A DNA stretch of 64,000 nucleotides from Candidatus Poribacteria bacterium (GTDB lineage Bacteria > Poribacteria > WGA-4E > PCPOR2b), in NCBI GenBank assembly GCA_965116925.1, contig OZ220744.1:1408001-1472000 (forward strand). Direction: 5' to 3'. Made by a program: the position numbers and the translations under genes. The notes beneath the pieces were generated by a model, which was not told the origin of the DNA, searched no databases, and saw only the letters and a program-made list of their open reading frames with translations. Positions 28,505 through 38,268 of this stretch are shown one piece after another (positions within the stretch are counted from its first letter, which is position 1; the number at the start of each line of letters is the position of its first letter).

Positions 28505-31500
28505 CTAAAACCGCTGTTCTAGCTTGAGGTCTACGCCGTATTTTCCACGCTCATTCCGTTCTCCTTTGATATAAAAGTGTCGGTTAATTTGATATTCGAC
28601 CTCAATGCGAGGTTCTGTGTGAAGTTGGAAGGTAGAAGAGTAAGTCAACGAAAGGCGATCTGAGAGTTCTTTTGTCAAAAGGAACCGCGACTGTTCAAGA
28701 TTGTCTGGACTCAAATCGACATGGGTTTTGCTAAACCCCATTGCTTTTGCGAACCGGTTACCTAGATACCCTTGAACGAGATCGGCTGGCGTATAGGCTT
28801 CAGAATCAAGCAGATCAACTCCACCGACAGTCAAAATAGAAAAGATTTGGGGTTGGGTCAAATCATATTTTTCGTTGGCACCTCTTCTAAGAATTTCCGC
28901 TTCAAATACCGGATTATGTTTATCCTTGAGATAGCCATTCAACTGCATAACAACTCTGAGGTCCCTCGTATGGAATTCTCCGTTTGTAGCTGGAACTTGA
29001 ACACCCCGAATTGGTTCAACCGTCTCAGCGGTAATTTCATACCATGGGTTAAAGTCTAGGGTATTTTTGTTTTCTACATAAGAGCCTTCCCGAATCTCGA
29101 ATTGATGCCCTCCAGAAAGGGACAGCTCGCCTTCTAACAGATCCACCCGTCCGCTAAAAATAGGTTTTTGAATTGGTCCAACAAGTTCACCGTTGATAGA
29201 TGTTTCGATTTCAATTTCTCCGATATATGTTACAACTTCCCCTAGATTTGATTCCACCAAAAAATTGTTAGGGGCGGTGACATCCAGATCTAGCTGAAGA
29301 TCGCGCACGATTGGGTAATCAAACCAGACCTCAAACTGTACCTCTGCTGTCTTATCAACCAGATCCTGAATTAACTGCCTCCAGTCTTGCTCGTATAGCC
29401 CTCTTTTGACCCGAATCGAGCCCCTTAACGCGGGAAGTTTGAGATTTCCATCTGTCGTAATATTCCCTTTCATCTGTACGTTGACACTCTGGCACTCAAG
29501 CTGGTAAAGTCCGGGTTTTTCAAATATGGTTCCTTCGCTCAATTCTGCAACGACATCTATATATTGCACATCGAACCAGTCGGATTGTATCATACCGTTA
29601 ATTTCAAAGGTGCCGCCATTCATATCCCCTGTAACGCGCTGGATATTCACACCTTTCTCAGTCAAATTGAGATGTGCTGTTCCATTTGCTAAACTGATGT
29701 GTGAGTTCGGCAGCTCGAACGCAAACCCTTTCAAAGTTGTAGATCCTTTAAGCATGGGTGAATCAAACTGACCGCCAAGCGTGGCGTTAACGACACCCAT
29801 GCCTTCGGTAAAGGCAAATTGCGGAAAAATAAGGGATAAAAATTCTAGATCTTCGATAGCTATATCTAATCCACCCTCAATCTCCTCTGACAACGGTTCT
29901 GCTTTGAATTCTAAGAAAGACAGGTGAAATGGAATTAATACGGACAGGGCGGCACGATTTTTTCCAATAGATAGATGGGCATCACTGCCTTGCTTGCCAC
30001 TAATTCGGATCTTTCGATCCTCGTACCTGATATTCCCTGTAAATTGATCAACCTCTGCTTGATTTATCCGCAGTTCAGGGGTTTCCCACGTAAAGGAGAT
30101 TCTCGGTTCCGCATCCGTTCCACGTATATCAAGCGAGGAATTCAGGGAGCCACGGATGGCATAGGCGTCAGGAAGGAAGCCCGAAATAAAGCCGAGATCC
30201 AGATTATTCATTTCAACGTGAAAAAGCAACTTTTTCCCAAGTTCCCAACTTCCAAATCCCATCACCCGAAGGCGCTTTGCGTCGTCTACCGTTGGCTCTT
30301 GATCCTCCAAGCTGAATCCGTTTTCTAAGCTGAGTTTTTGGTTTGCAAGTTGGATTTCAATTGGGCTAGGGTTACGGATCTTATAGCCTAAGCCTTCGAT
30401 CAGAACATTCTGAATATTTAGCTGACCTGTTACATATTTTATCATATTTGGTGGGTTGAATGGCTTAATGAGTTGTGGAATCCACGCGGTTTCGCCGGGG
30501 ATGAGAAACTGATTTATTGGAATTTTCAAGCTGGCTTCCGCCGTAATATATCCATTCAAGACTTCGGTGGGCTTCACCTCTGTCCCAATTGCTTCGGGAT
30601 TTAAAACCCTGGAGACAGTAGGATTAAGGAACCGTGACTGATCCCCGATAAAATCAGCAATTCTTGCTTTATGGGCTGTGAATCGACTAATTTCAAAATC
30701 GGTTGCGATGATCCCCTCCAACGCGCAGTTGATTTCCGCGGTATACTCTCCTTGACCTACCTGAAAACTGAGTGTGCTAATACGAATTTGCCCCTTATCT
30801 GCCTTCAATTCAAACGTCCCATTTGAAATAGGCATATCAAATTTTGCCAACTTCAGCGTACCCTGTTGCGCCGAAAATGTTCCTTGCGGATAAGGCGACT
30901 TTGTTGTTCCTTGTATTCTAAGATCTATGTCAGCAATACCATCGGCATATTCGATCAACGGATAAAATAGTAAGCCTAGGGGTGCCAAGGAAATTTGTTG
31001 TCCTTGGAGTTTCAAGTCAATGGGCAGATCTAGGAATCGGTCCTCAAGAGCTAGTGGTTGAAAGGCGAGATTAATCGGGATCGTGCCAGACATTTCCAAC
31101 TGTTTGCTTACTCCAACAATCCGTTGGGTATTCTGGATGGAAAGCAGTTGTTCCTGATAGTCTGCCCTGCCACTATCTTTAATATTGGCATTTCCAATGT
31201 GACCGTCTGACTCCCATTTTGCGGTTATGATTGGATTCGCAATATTACCACGAATACCGATGTGGCTCGTCAGAAAACCATCAAACTGAAGGAAAGATTG
31301 ATCGAGTAGTGTTAGGGTTATCGCGGGTACGAGTACGCCGTAGGGCAGCTGATCTAATCCTAAACTGAGATCCACATTTCCATCAAGGTCTATGGCACCT
31401 GCGGCGTTGACCCAAGCAGTATTTCCCGCACCCAATTGGGTTTTCGGAAGTGTGAGTTTCCCATCCGCAAAGTGAAACTGAATCTCATCTATATTTCTCA

Positions 31501-34500
31501 TCTCACGGTTGCTTACCTTGATATGCAATTTATCGCACATGAGGGTTGCCGACATTTGGTTAGGATGGTAGCCATTGCCCTTTAGGTCTAGCATTACATT
31601 AGCTTGGCTTTCGATACCGGGGAATTGACGTTTCATTATGTAACTTAGAGGCGTGACAAGATTTACATCTACCCCATTGACGTGCAGTTGAAAGTGGCCG
31701 AAGTCGTTTTGTTCCAAAATCTCTATAATTGAAGTCAGGGGTAAGGCTTCGTCCGTTTTAGGCAAACTCCACTCCCCCGATGCCTGATATTGTCCGCCAT
31801 CGAACAGCCAATCCGCTGATTTCAGATTCATTGTGATCAAGTCGGGTGATGCTTTCTGCCCAACCGAGACCTGAAGCGCAACTTTTAAGTCTTCGATAGG
31901 TTGGGGCAGATCCAGGAGTTGCAGCGTCTTTTGTGTTGCATCAATTGAAGCGGTCAATTCTGGTTGAGCCAGATTACCGGTAATCTGTGCCTCTAGATCG
32001 AACAAGATTAAATGATTATTCAGGTAATCCGGCAAATTTTGAAAATCACGAGTATCTAACTTAAAATTTGGGCATGAGGCATGGAGCTTGAGATGTGAAG
32101 ACGGAAAAGTCTCAAGATCAACATGTAGGTTACCTTCCACTTTAATTGGATTGCCAAGTAAGAGTAGATCGAAAGACTCAACGTTAAGGCTCCCGTCCTT
32201 ATAGATGAGGGTGCCCACAGCTTCACGAATTGGAATTTGCCCGATAGGTGTTTGAAGCACTAGATCGGGAATGTTCCAGTTGAGTTCTAGCTGTGGAGCT
32301 TCATAAGTCCCACCACCCGTGAATTTGTAGCTGACGTTTCCTGAGAAAAGTGGTGGTAGTCCCAACAGGTACGATAATCCCTCAAGTGGAAATCCATCGG
32401 ATTCTACTGTGAAGCTGAATGTATTGGTCGTCTCTGACCCCTGATCCGATTGGGGGGTATCTATCGCGCTCTGCATGGGGAAAGTACCTTCCGCATTTAG
32501 GAATGGGCTGCCATCCCGTTTATCAGCGAGCACCAAGGATTGAATATGCCACAGGTTATCCACAAAGGAAACGCGGATCGGAGCGGGGTTAGTCAGCGGA
32601 CGTCCATTAACATCGAGCGCAGCCTTGGACAGGGACATCTGGAACTTAAATTCTGACAAATCTTCTAGCATTCCTTCAATCTCAACGGTGCCATCGGCTG
32701 TACCTGCAAAATAGTCTGCTACATTAAAGATTCGTAAGAATGGAAATAGATCGACTCCCATCCCATCAACAGCAATCTGATAAGGGCTGCCTTCAACTGA
32801 TTCCAAAACTCCGCGAATCTGACAGGTATCATTAAAGCCCACACCTTCAAAATTCAGTGCATTGTTTCTGTAGATACCGGTTATGTAAATATCCTCTAGT
32901 TGGTTGCCTGCGTAAGTAACATTTGAGAAGTTGAAGGTTACATCTACAATCGGATCTGCTGCGTTTGCCTGCCCCTTAGCTGTGACAATCAGATCGGCGT
33001 CCAGCAAAAAGTCAGTCATTCCGCGTGCGATCGCAATTTCTGCGAGTTGCATTGACTCACTTTGAAAGTCAATTACATAATTTTGATTAGGGTCAATCTG
33101 TGCGTTGAGGATACCTTTCTGACCACGGGTTAGCAGTTCAAAATCGGGAATTTTCACGACATAATTTTCAATCTCTAGCGGCAGCGTTAATAGGTCAAGC
33201 GATAGATCCCACGCTTTGCCGCTCTCAATCTGAAGTGTGCCACGACCATTAAGCCTCGCTAGCGTTCCATCCAATACCAGCTCCCCCGTTGCAATCCCCT
33301 CGATTGGGTAATCATCACCTGCTAGCCTCACATAGTCTGCAATTTGGATCGGTTGGGCACGCACCTTAAGATCTATCGGCGTATCCCCTTCCATACGGGC
33401 CACTCCATCGGCAATCAATACGCTCTCCCCTTTGACAAGACGTATTGGGTTCAGAAAAACCTTATTCTCCGTATAATGAAAATCCGTTGTCAACACACCA
33501 ATTGGCACATCATACAGTGTTGCTTCTGGAATTTTGAGGAAACCGTGCAAAGAATACAGTGGATTATTCCCTACACCTGCACTACTTTTCCCCGTAAGCG
33601 TACCTTCGCCAGCGAGGTCTGGCATTTGCAAGATTCGGGAGATTTTACCTATGTCAATTTTTGTGATACGCAGATCCATATCGTGTTGAGCAGTTAATCC
33701 GGGGTTACCATTAATTTCAATCTGTGCATCGTCAAGATTCGCTGTAATCGATAGATGTTGGTCGTTGAGTTGGTATCGCGCTGCTGAAAGGCGAATTGGT
33801 ACTCCATTTAGACTCGCATCGTCCAGTTGCAATTTGCCATCAAGATTTATTTTGCGGAGGTCTGAGCCCTTACCACTAAATTGGGCTTCACCATCCAAAT
33901 CCCCCTTAATAGCCAACAAATCTTGCGGAAAATCTATAATTGGTAGTAGTTGCTCTGTCCGAAGGGAGTTAAGTTGTATCCAACCTTTGTACGTGGGATG
34001 TTGCAAATCTTCTTGTGTGGGAGGGAGGTCAATTTCTGCCGCTCCTGTCAGCTTTCCTGAAGCGAATAGAGCATCAATATTGGTAACTCGGACGTTACGC
34101 GGTGTGAACTCGGCTTGGAGGGTGAGATTCTCAAATTGGAGTGCGTTTAACTGGACAGACGGAAGGCTAATCCCGATGCTACCGACCATTTCCGAAATTG
34201 GACCACTGGCTTTGACCTCCACTTCTGCCACCCCTTCTATTTCCCCTGGGGCAGATAGTATCTTTTGCACATCACGGAAATCGAGGGTCATTTGGATTTG
34301 TGTCTTGACCTGTGGAGATTGTTTGCCAAGATTGTTTGCCTCACCAGCAACAGTCAGCAGGGAATTTCCCAGCGCGAAACGCAACGAGTGCAATGCACCT
34401 CGATTTTTCTGTAACTCAAATTCAGTTTTGAATTCATTAATCTGTGTTTCAACGCCGTTCAGTTCAAAACGTCCATCTCGCACCTCCAAATGACTACGGT

Positions 34501-35119
34501 ATTTCCAGTTGTTCAGAGGACCGTCAACGCGCCCCCGACTGTCAATACCGCCGATTGCAACTTTGAGGGAACCACTTTCATCTTCAAAATTAATGATGCC
34601 ATTTTCAACACTAATATCTTCGATACTGATATCGGAGATTAACAGGTGAACTGGCACTTTAGGGCTCGTTCCGGTCCCGTTTTTCGGAATTAGCCTTGCT
34701 AAATTGATAGTTCCGTCTGCCTCCATGTGCGTATTAACTTGGGGTTGGTTAAAGTGCAGTTGAGTGATGAGGAATTTCCTCTGCGCCAAACTCCATAATC
34801 TATATCTTATCCGGATTTCGTCTAGGGCTATTAGAGGAGGGTTTTCTGGATCCGTATCTGCGATTTCAACCCCTCTAACATCCAAGCCGGTAAACACATT
34901 TCCTGCAATTTTATTGATGGTGACTGAATGTTTTAAGTGCTTCTGGAGCTCAAGCTCTAATACGAGGCGCACCCGGTTAAGCACATAAGATGAGCGCAAA
35001 AACAGAAAGCCTCCAAGTATTAAAATCACTCCAAAACAGGAAAATAGGATTAAGCGTTTGTTTCGTCTGTGCATAGAATTTATCTCAATCTTTTTTTGTT
35101 TCAAGGGCTTCAACCGCAT
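28505..35119 (-). CDS. tamB: TamB/AsmA-like translocation and assembly module protein
   Basis: 2204 aa, single N-terminal TM, repetitive beta-strand G..P.L.G motifs, DUF490-like C-terminus ending GVDLKLEQRF; near an Omp85 gene. Confidence 0.85.
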   Translation of the reverse strand: MRLKPLKQKKIEINSMHRRNKRLILFSCFGVILILGGFLFLRSSYVLNRVRLVLELELQKHLKHSVTINKIAGNVFTGLDVRGVEIADTDPENPPLIALDEIRIRYRLWSLAQRKFLITQLHFNQPQVNTHMEADGTINLARLIPKNGTGTSPKVPVHLLISDISIEDISVENGIINFEDESGSLKVAIGGIDSRGRVDGPLNNWKYRSHLEVRDGRFELNGVETQINEFKTEFELQKNRGALHSLRFALGNSLLTVAGEANNLGKQSPQVKTQIQMTLDFRDVQKILSAPGEIEGVAEVEVKASGPISEMVGSIGISLPSVQLNALQFENLTLQAEFTPRNVRVTNIDALFASGKLTGAAEIDLPPTQEDLQHPTYKGWIQLNSLRTEQLLPIIDFPQDLLAIKGDLDGEAQFSGKGSDLRKINLDGKLQLDDASLNGVPIRLSAARYQLNDQHLSITANLDDAQIEINGNPGLTAQHDMDLRITKIDIGKISRILQMPDLAGEGTLTGKSSAGVGNNPLYSLHGFLKIPEATLYDVPIGVLTTDFHYTENKVFLNPIRLVKGESVLIADGVARMEGDTPIDLKVRAQPIQIADYVRLAGDDYPIEGIATGELVLDGTLARLNGRGTLQIESGKAWDLSLDLLTLPLEIENYVVKIPDFELLTRGQKGILNAQIDPNQNYVIDFQSESMQLAEIAIARGMTDFLLDADLIVTAKGQANAADPIVDVTFNFSNVTYAGNQLEDIYITGIYRNNALNFEGVGFNDTCQIRGVLESVEGSPYQIAVDGMGVDLFPFLRIFNVADYFAGTADGTVEIEGMLEDLSEFKFQMSLSKAALDVNGRPLTNPAPIRVSFVDNLWHIQSLVLADKRDGSPFLNAEGTFPMQSAIDTPQSDQGSETTNTFSFTVESDGFPLEGLSYLLGLPPLFSGNVSYKFTGGGTYEAPQLELNWNIPDLVLQTPIGQIPIREAVGTLIYKDGSLNVESFDLLLLGNPIKVEGNLHVDLETFPSSHLKLHASCPNFKLDTRDFQNLPDYLNNHLILFDLEAQITGNLAQPELTASIDATQKTLQLLDLPQPIEDLKVALQVSVGQKASPDLITMNLKSADWLFDGGQYQASGEWSLPKTDEALPLTSIIEILEQNDFGHFQLHVNGVDVNLVTPLSYIMKRQFPGIESQANVMLDLKGNGYHPNQMSATLMCDKLHIKVSNREMRNIDEIQFHFADGKLTLPKTQLGAGNTAWVNAAGAIDLDGNVDLSLGLDQLPYGVLVPAITLTLLDQSFLQFDGFLTSHIGIRGNIANPIITAKWESDGHIGNANIKDSGRADYQEQLLSIQNTQRIVGVSKQLEMSGTIPINLAFQPLALEDRFLDLPIDLKLQGQQISLAPLGLLFYPLIEYADGIADIDLRIQGTTKSPYPQGTFSAQQGTLKLAKFDMPISNGTFELKADKGQIRISTLSFQVGQGEYTAEINCALEGIIATDFEISRFTAHKARIADFIGDQSRFLNPTVSRVLNPEAIGTEVKPTEVLNGYITAEASLKIPINQFLIPGETAWIPQLIKPFNPPNMIKYVTGQLNIQNVLIEGLGYKIRNPSPIEIQLANQKLSLENGFSLEDQEPTVDDAKRLRVMGFGSWELGKKLLFHVEMNNLDLGFISGFLPDAYAIRGSLNSSLDIRGTDAEPRISFTWETPELRINQAEVDQFTGNIRYEDRKIRISGKQGSDAHLSIGKNRAALSVLIPFHLSFLEFKAEPLSEEIEGGLDIAIEDLEFLSLIFPQFAFTEGMGVVNATLGGQFDSPMLKGSTTLKGFAFELPNSHISLANGTAHLNLTEKGVNIQRVTGDMNGGTFEINGMIQSDWFDVQYIDVVAELSEGTIFEKPGLYQLECQSVNVQMKGNITTDGNLKLPALRGSIRVKRGLYEQDWRQLIQDLVDKTAEVQFEVWFDYPIVRDLQLDLDVTAPNNFLVESNLGEVVTYIGEIEIETSINGELVGPIQKPIFSGRVDLLEGELSLSGGHQFEIREGSYVENKNTLDFNPWYEITAETVEPIRGVQVPATNGEFHTRDLRVVMQLNGYLKDKHNPVFEAEILRRGANEKYDLTQPQIFSILTVGGVDLLDSEAYTPADLVQGYLGNRFAKAMGFSKTHVDLSPDNLEQSRFLLTKELSDRLSLTYSSTFQLHTEPRIEVEYQINRHFYIKGERNERGKYGVDLKLEQRF

Positions 35120-35387
35120 AAAACGCCAACAGAACGATTCACGATTCGCTCCAGTTTATATCATAGCAAATTTGGAGGTAAATGTCATAAGATATAGGAA
35201 AAATAGGCGAGGATTCAGATTTAATGCAGTGACCGTTTCGGTTGGCAGTGTGCACTTCAAGGTTGAGAACTGAACCGTATAATGGCAGGAGAGAGGACTA
35301 GTAGGCTATTTTTAATCTAATGTTGAATGTATGTATTGTCACTACAGATTTTCTCAAATTATAGCATTTGAAAACGGATTCGAGCAC

Positions 35388-36080
35388 TTAGGAGCTATTG
35401 CTGTTAAGTGTTGTTAAGGACAACTGCTGGTTTGGGTTGTGATACAACCACATCTCCATGTTCTTTTTAAGATCAGTCCACTCATTGTCCAATATTGAAT
35501 ACCAAGCAGTATCTCGGTTTCGACCTTTTACGATCATGTGCTGTCTAAAAACACCTTCAAACTGAAAACCGAGACGTAGAGCAGCTAATCGTGACTGCTC
35601 ATTCAAGGAATCACATTTCCACTCAACTCGACGGTATTTTAGTCTATCAAACGCCTCGCAGAGCATCAGATATACGGATTCCGTATTTACATTTGATCTT
35701 TGAGCATTGAGCGAATACCAAATGTGCCCCAGCTCGAGTCGCCGCATATCACAGATGATGTTTAGAAAACTGACCATCCCCACTCGGCGTTTCGATTCGC
35801 GATGGTGTACCGTAAAGAAAAGTGGATCTTTCGATTTTGCTCCAACTTCAAGCCACCGCTGCATGCTGCGTACATTGTCAAAGGGTCCGTAGCTCATGTA
35901 GGTCCATATTTGCTCCTTCTCATCGGAGCCGTGGGTGCACCTGTGGAGCTCTTCAGCATCAGCTTGTGGATTGATTGGTGACAGTACAATGAACTTACCC
36001 TCGTAGTTGGTCTGTCGGGGCACGTCTATATGAGTAAGTGGTTTTACGGCATTGCCGAATGGAGGAGATAAATGCGACAT
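35388..36080 (-). CDS. GNAT N-acetyltransferase (RimJ/RimL-like)
   Basis: ELGHIWY, YRRVEWKCDSLN, FEGVFRQHMIVKGRNRDTAWYS. Confidence 0.9.
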   Translation of the reverse strand: MSHLSPPFGNAVKPLTHIDVPRQTNYEGKFIVLSPINPQADAEELHRCTHGSDEKEQIWTYMSYGPFDNVRSMQRWLEVGAKSKDPLFFTVHHRESKRRVGMVSFLNIICDMRRLELGHIWYSLNAQRSNVNTESVYLMLCEAFDRLKYRRVEWKCDSLNEQSRLAALRLGFQFEGVFRQHMIVKGRNRDTAWYSILDNEWTDLKKNMEMWLYHNPNQQLSLTTLNSNSS

Positions 36081-36267
36081 AGCCTGCCTACTTCCAGCCG
36101 CTGTCTGGGATGCAGATGTTGGAATATTTCCAATTTCTATTATCGGGCTGCTAGAAATATGGGGATGACCATGCAAGTGTAGATCTAGTCGTTATCTCCG
36201 GTATCTTGTATCAGCTCACACAGACGACCGAGAACATCGTGGCAATTTCAATCGCTAGGAAAACCCC

Positions 36268-37488
36268 TCAACGACCTAGATCGTTCAACAGCATATTGAG
36301 CTCTTCTTTAACCATATCGTTTTGTTCCTGGTTCTGAAAGTAGTAATAGATATCGAGTTCAATATTGTCATCATGTTCTTTTGGAGCATTCTTAATCTGC
36401 TTTATAAGTGCCTCTTTTTTGAGGACCAAGACAATCCGGATTCTATCTTTTGGATCACTCACAGTTGGTAACGCCTTAATGAGCTGCCGCGCGATGCCTT
36501 GTCCAAAATCTTGTCCGGCATGAACGATTAAAGCCTTCGCTGCCGCTTCTCTCGCGTTCTCATTTTCATCATTTGCCACAATTTCAACGAGTCGATCGAT
36601 AGCTTTTTCACTTGGATACTGTTCAAGCGTTTGACCTGCATACATCCGCACCCACGCATCGGAATCGCTAAGGGCACTGACAACCTCATCCACGGGCGGA
36701 TTATCAAGTCGCAACATTGCCTGTGCCGCTGCACGGCGAACCGCAACATCGCTATTGCTGAGCCCATCAATGATTTCTGTCCTATACTCTTGCTTGCCAA
36801 GGTTATAAAGCGCGATGTTGACTTCCATCTTCAAGCCTGGGGTGCTCCCACTTTGGATTGCTTCTAAAGCCGGAATTGCGCGCGAATCGTTTATCCTTCC
36901 AATCAATTGCGTCAAGGTCGCTTTCATCTCTGGCGGAGTTTCGGCATCCTTGAGTGCAGCGGTCAAATGGTCTAGACCTTCGGAACCAATTTGATATAGC
37001 ATTTCAATCAGCTCGGGTCTAAGAACCATATACCTTCTTACACCGAGATATTCGATCAATACGGGGACAGCATCTGCTCCTTTATCGACCAAGATCTGTA
37101 TAGTTGCGTCTTGTGTGCGATGTCTTTCAGCGAGCAGTTGAAGCATTTTTTTGATTTCAGTATTACTTAATGCCGCAATCCTTTCACTCCGGGCCTGTTT
37201 ATACCGGTCTTCAAGCCCTGGAATTTCAGCTTCTTGAGTTTTAGCGTCTCCGGTAGCGATGGCGTGTGAGTAGGCAATCAACAATAAGGCTCGTGGTTCT
37301 ACTTTTTCGGCTGGGGTTTTGGCTTCCTCAATTTCCGCCCTTTCGAGGTGATTAACGGCTTCGATTGTCAGACCAGCAAGGAGCAGTTTGTTTCTACCAA
37401 CCTCCAGTTGTGTAATCGGTTGGTCCTGTTCACACCCGATACTAACAGCCAAAATAAGAAATATCAGTAGGGTTGAAAACTTTTTCAT
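36268..37488 (-). CDS. HEAT-repeat lipoprotein, paralog of 26937-28238
   Basis: Lipobox SIG-C; LSNSDVAVRRAAAQAM, LSDSDAWVR; collinear similarity with the other copy. Confidence 0.85.
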   Translation of the reverse strand: MKKFSTLLIFLILAVSIGCEQDQPITQLEVGRNKLLLAGLTIEAVNHLERAEIEEAKTPAEKVEPRALLLIAYSHAIATGDAKTQEAEIPGLEDRYKQARSERIAALSNTEIKKMLQLLAERHRTQDATIQILVDKGADAVPVLIEYLGVRRYMVLRPELIEMLYQIGSEGLDHLTAALKDAETPPEMKATLTQLIGRINDSRAIPALEAIQSGSTPGLKMEVNIALYNLGKQEYRTEIIDGLSNSDVAVRRAAAQAMLRLDNPPVDEVVSALSDSDAWVRMYAGQTLEQYPSEKAIDRLVEIVANDENENAREAAAKALIVHAGQDFGQGIARQLIKALPTVSDPKDRIRIVLVLKKEALIKQIKNAPKEHDDNIELDIYYYFQNQEQNDMVKEELNMLLNDLGR

Positions 37489-37684
37489 ATCTAACTCTTT
37501 TTCTCCTCTTCATTTAAGGGATTTATTGGGTAGAACGTTCTTTTCAGCGCATGTATCTTTTGCGTAGAGTCTAAGTTTACAAAATATTCCTTCTTCTGTC
37601 AAGGGAATTATCAGCAAAAATTTCAGCGTTAGTAACTGATAGCTTAACTCAGCCATAATCATAAGATGGGGTTCTTGATTTCAT

Positions 37685-37713
37685 TTGCCTTTTGCCATGC
37701 GGTGTGCTACAAT
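37685..37713 (+). promoter_or_regulatory. sigma70-like promoter
   Basis: TTGCCT-N17-TACAAT with extended -10 TG upstream of the thioesterase gene. Confidence 0.5.
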
Positions 37714-37755
37714 ACGATCTTATGTTAGGCTTGAAAAATCAGCAGGAGTTAATGG

Positions 37756-38166
37756 ATGCGCGTTGAGAACAATAATCGTTGTTTTGCATGTGGTAAGGAA
37801 AACCCTTTTGGGTTGCAAGTTAATCCAGATATCACCCCCGATGGAACACGGGTCAAGATTGAGTGTACCCCCCCCGGTCATTTTCAAGGCTGGGCAAATG
37901 TAATTCATGGTGGAATCTTGAGCACGCTCCTCGATGAAGCGATTACCTATGTGGGTATCGCCAGCTTTGATGGGCCTGCGGTAACAGCACAACTTGAGGT
38001 ACGATTCAAGAAGCCAGCAATGGCAGGCGATAAATTAATCGTTACAGCCAATCGAGTTAAAATGGGTAAGCGTCTCATTGAAGTTGAGGCACACATCAAT
38101 TCAGAAGATGGCGAACTAATTGTCGAAGGAAGCGGGAAGGTGATGAAAGTCGCTGGTAATTTTTAG
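37756..38166 (+). CDS. PaaI-family hotdog thioesterase
   Basis: CFACGKENPFGL, HGGILSTLLDE. Confidence 0.9.
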   Translation: MRVENNNRCFACGKENPFGLQVNPDITPDGTRVKIECTPPGHFQGWANVIHGGILSTLLDEAITYVGIASFDGPAVTAQLEVRFKKPAMAGDKLIVTANRVKMGKRLIEVEAHINSEDGELIVEGSGKVMKVAGNF

Positions 38167-38268
38167 TGCCTAGTCGATATTGTGTCGCCTTGGACAACAT
38201 TCTCACCTATCAAAGTCAAACGACAATCCTCTGTGTATAAAACAAGGCTTTGTTCAAGAAGGGAGGAT

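Noticed and set aside
33765..34493. 242-aa plus-strand ORF
   Set aside because: Antisense shadow of tamB with no recognisable motifs; the same applies to most short overlapping ORFs in the track.
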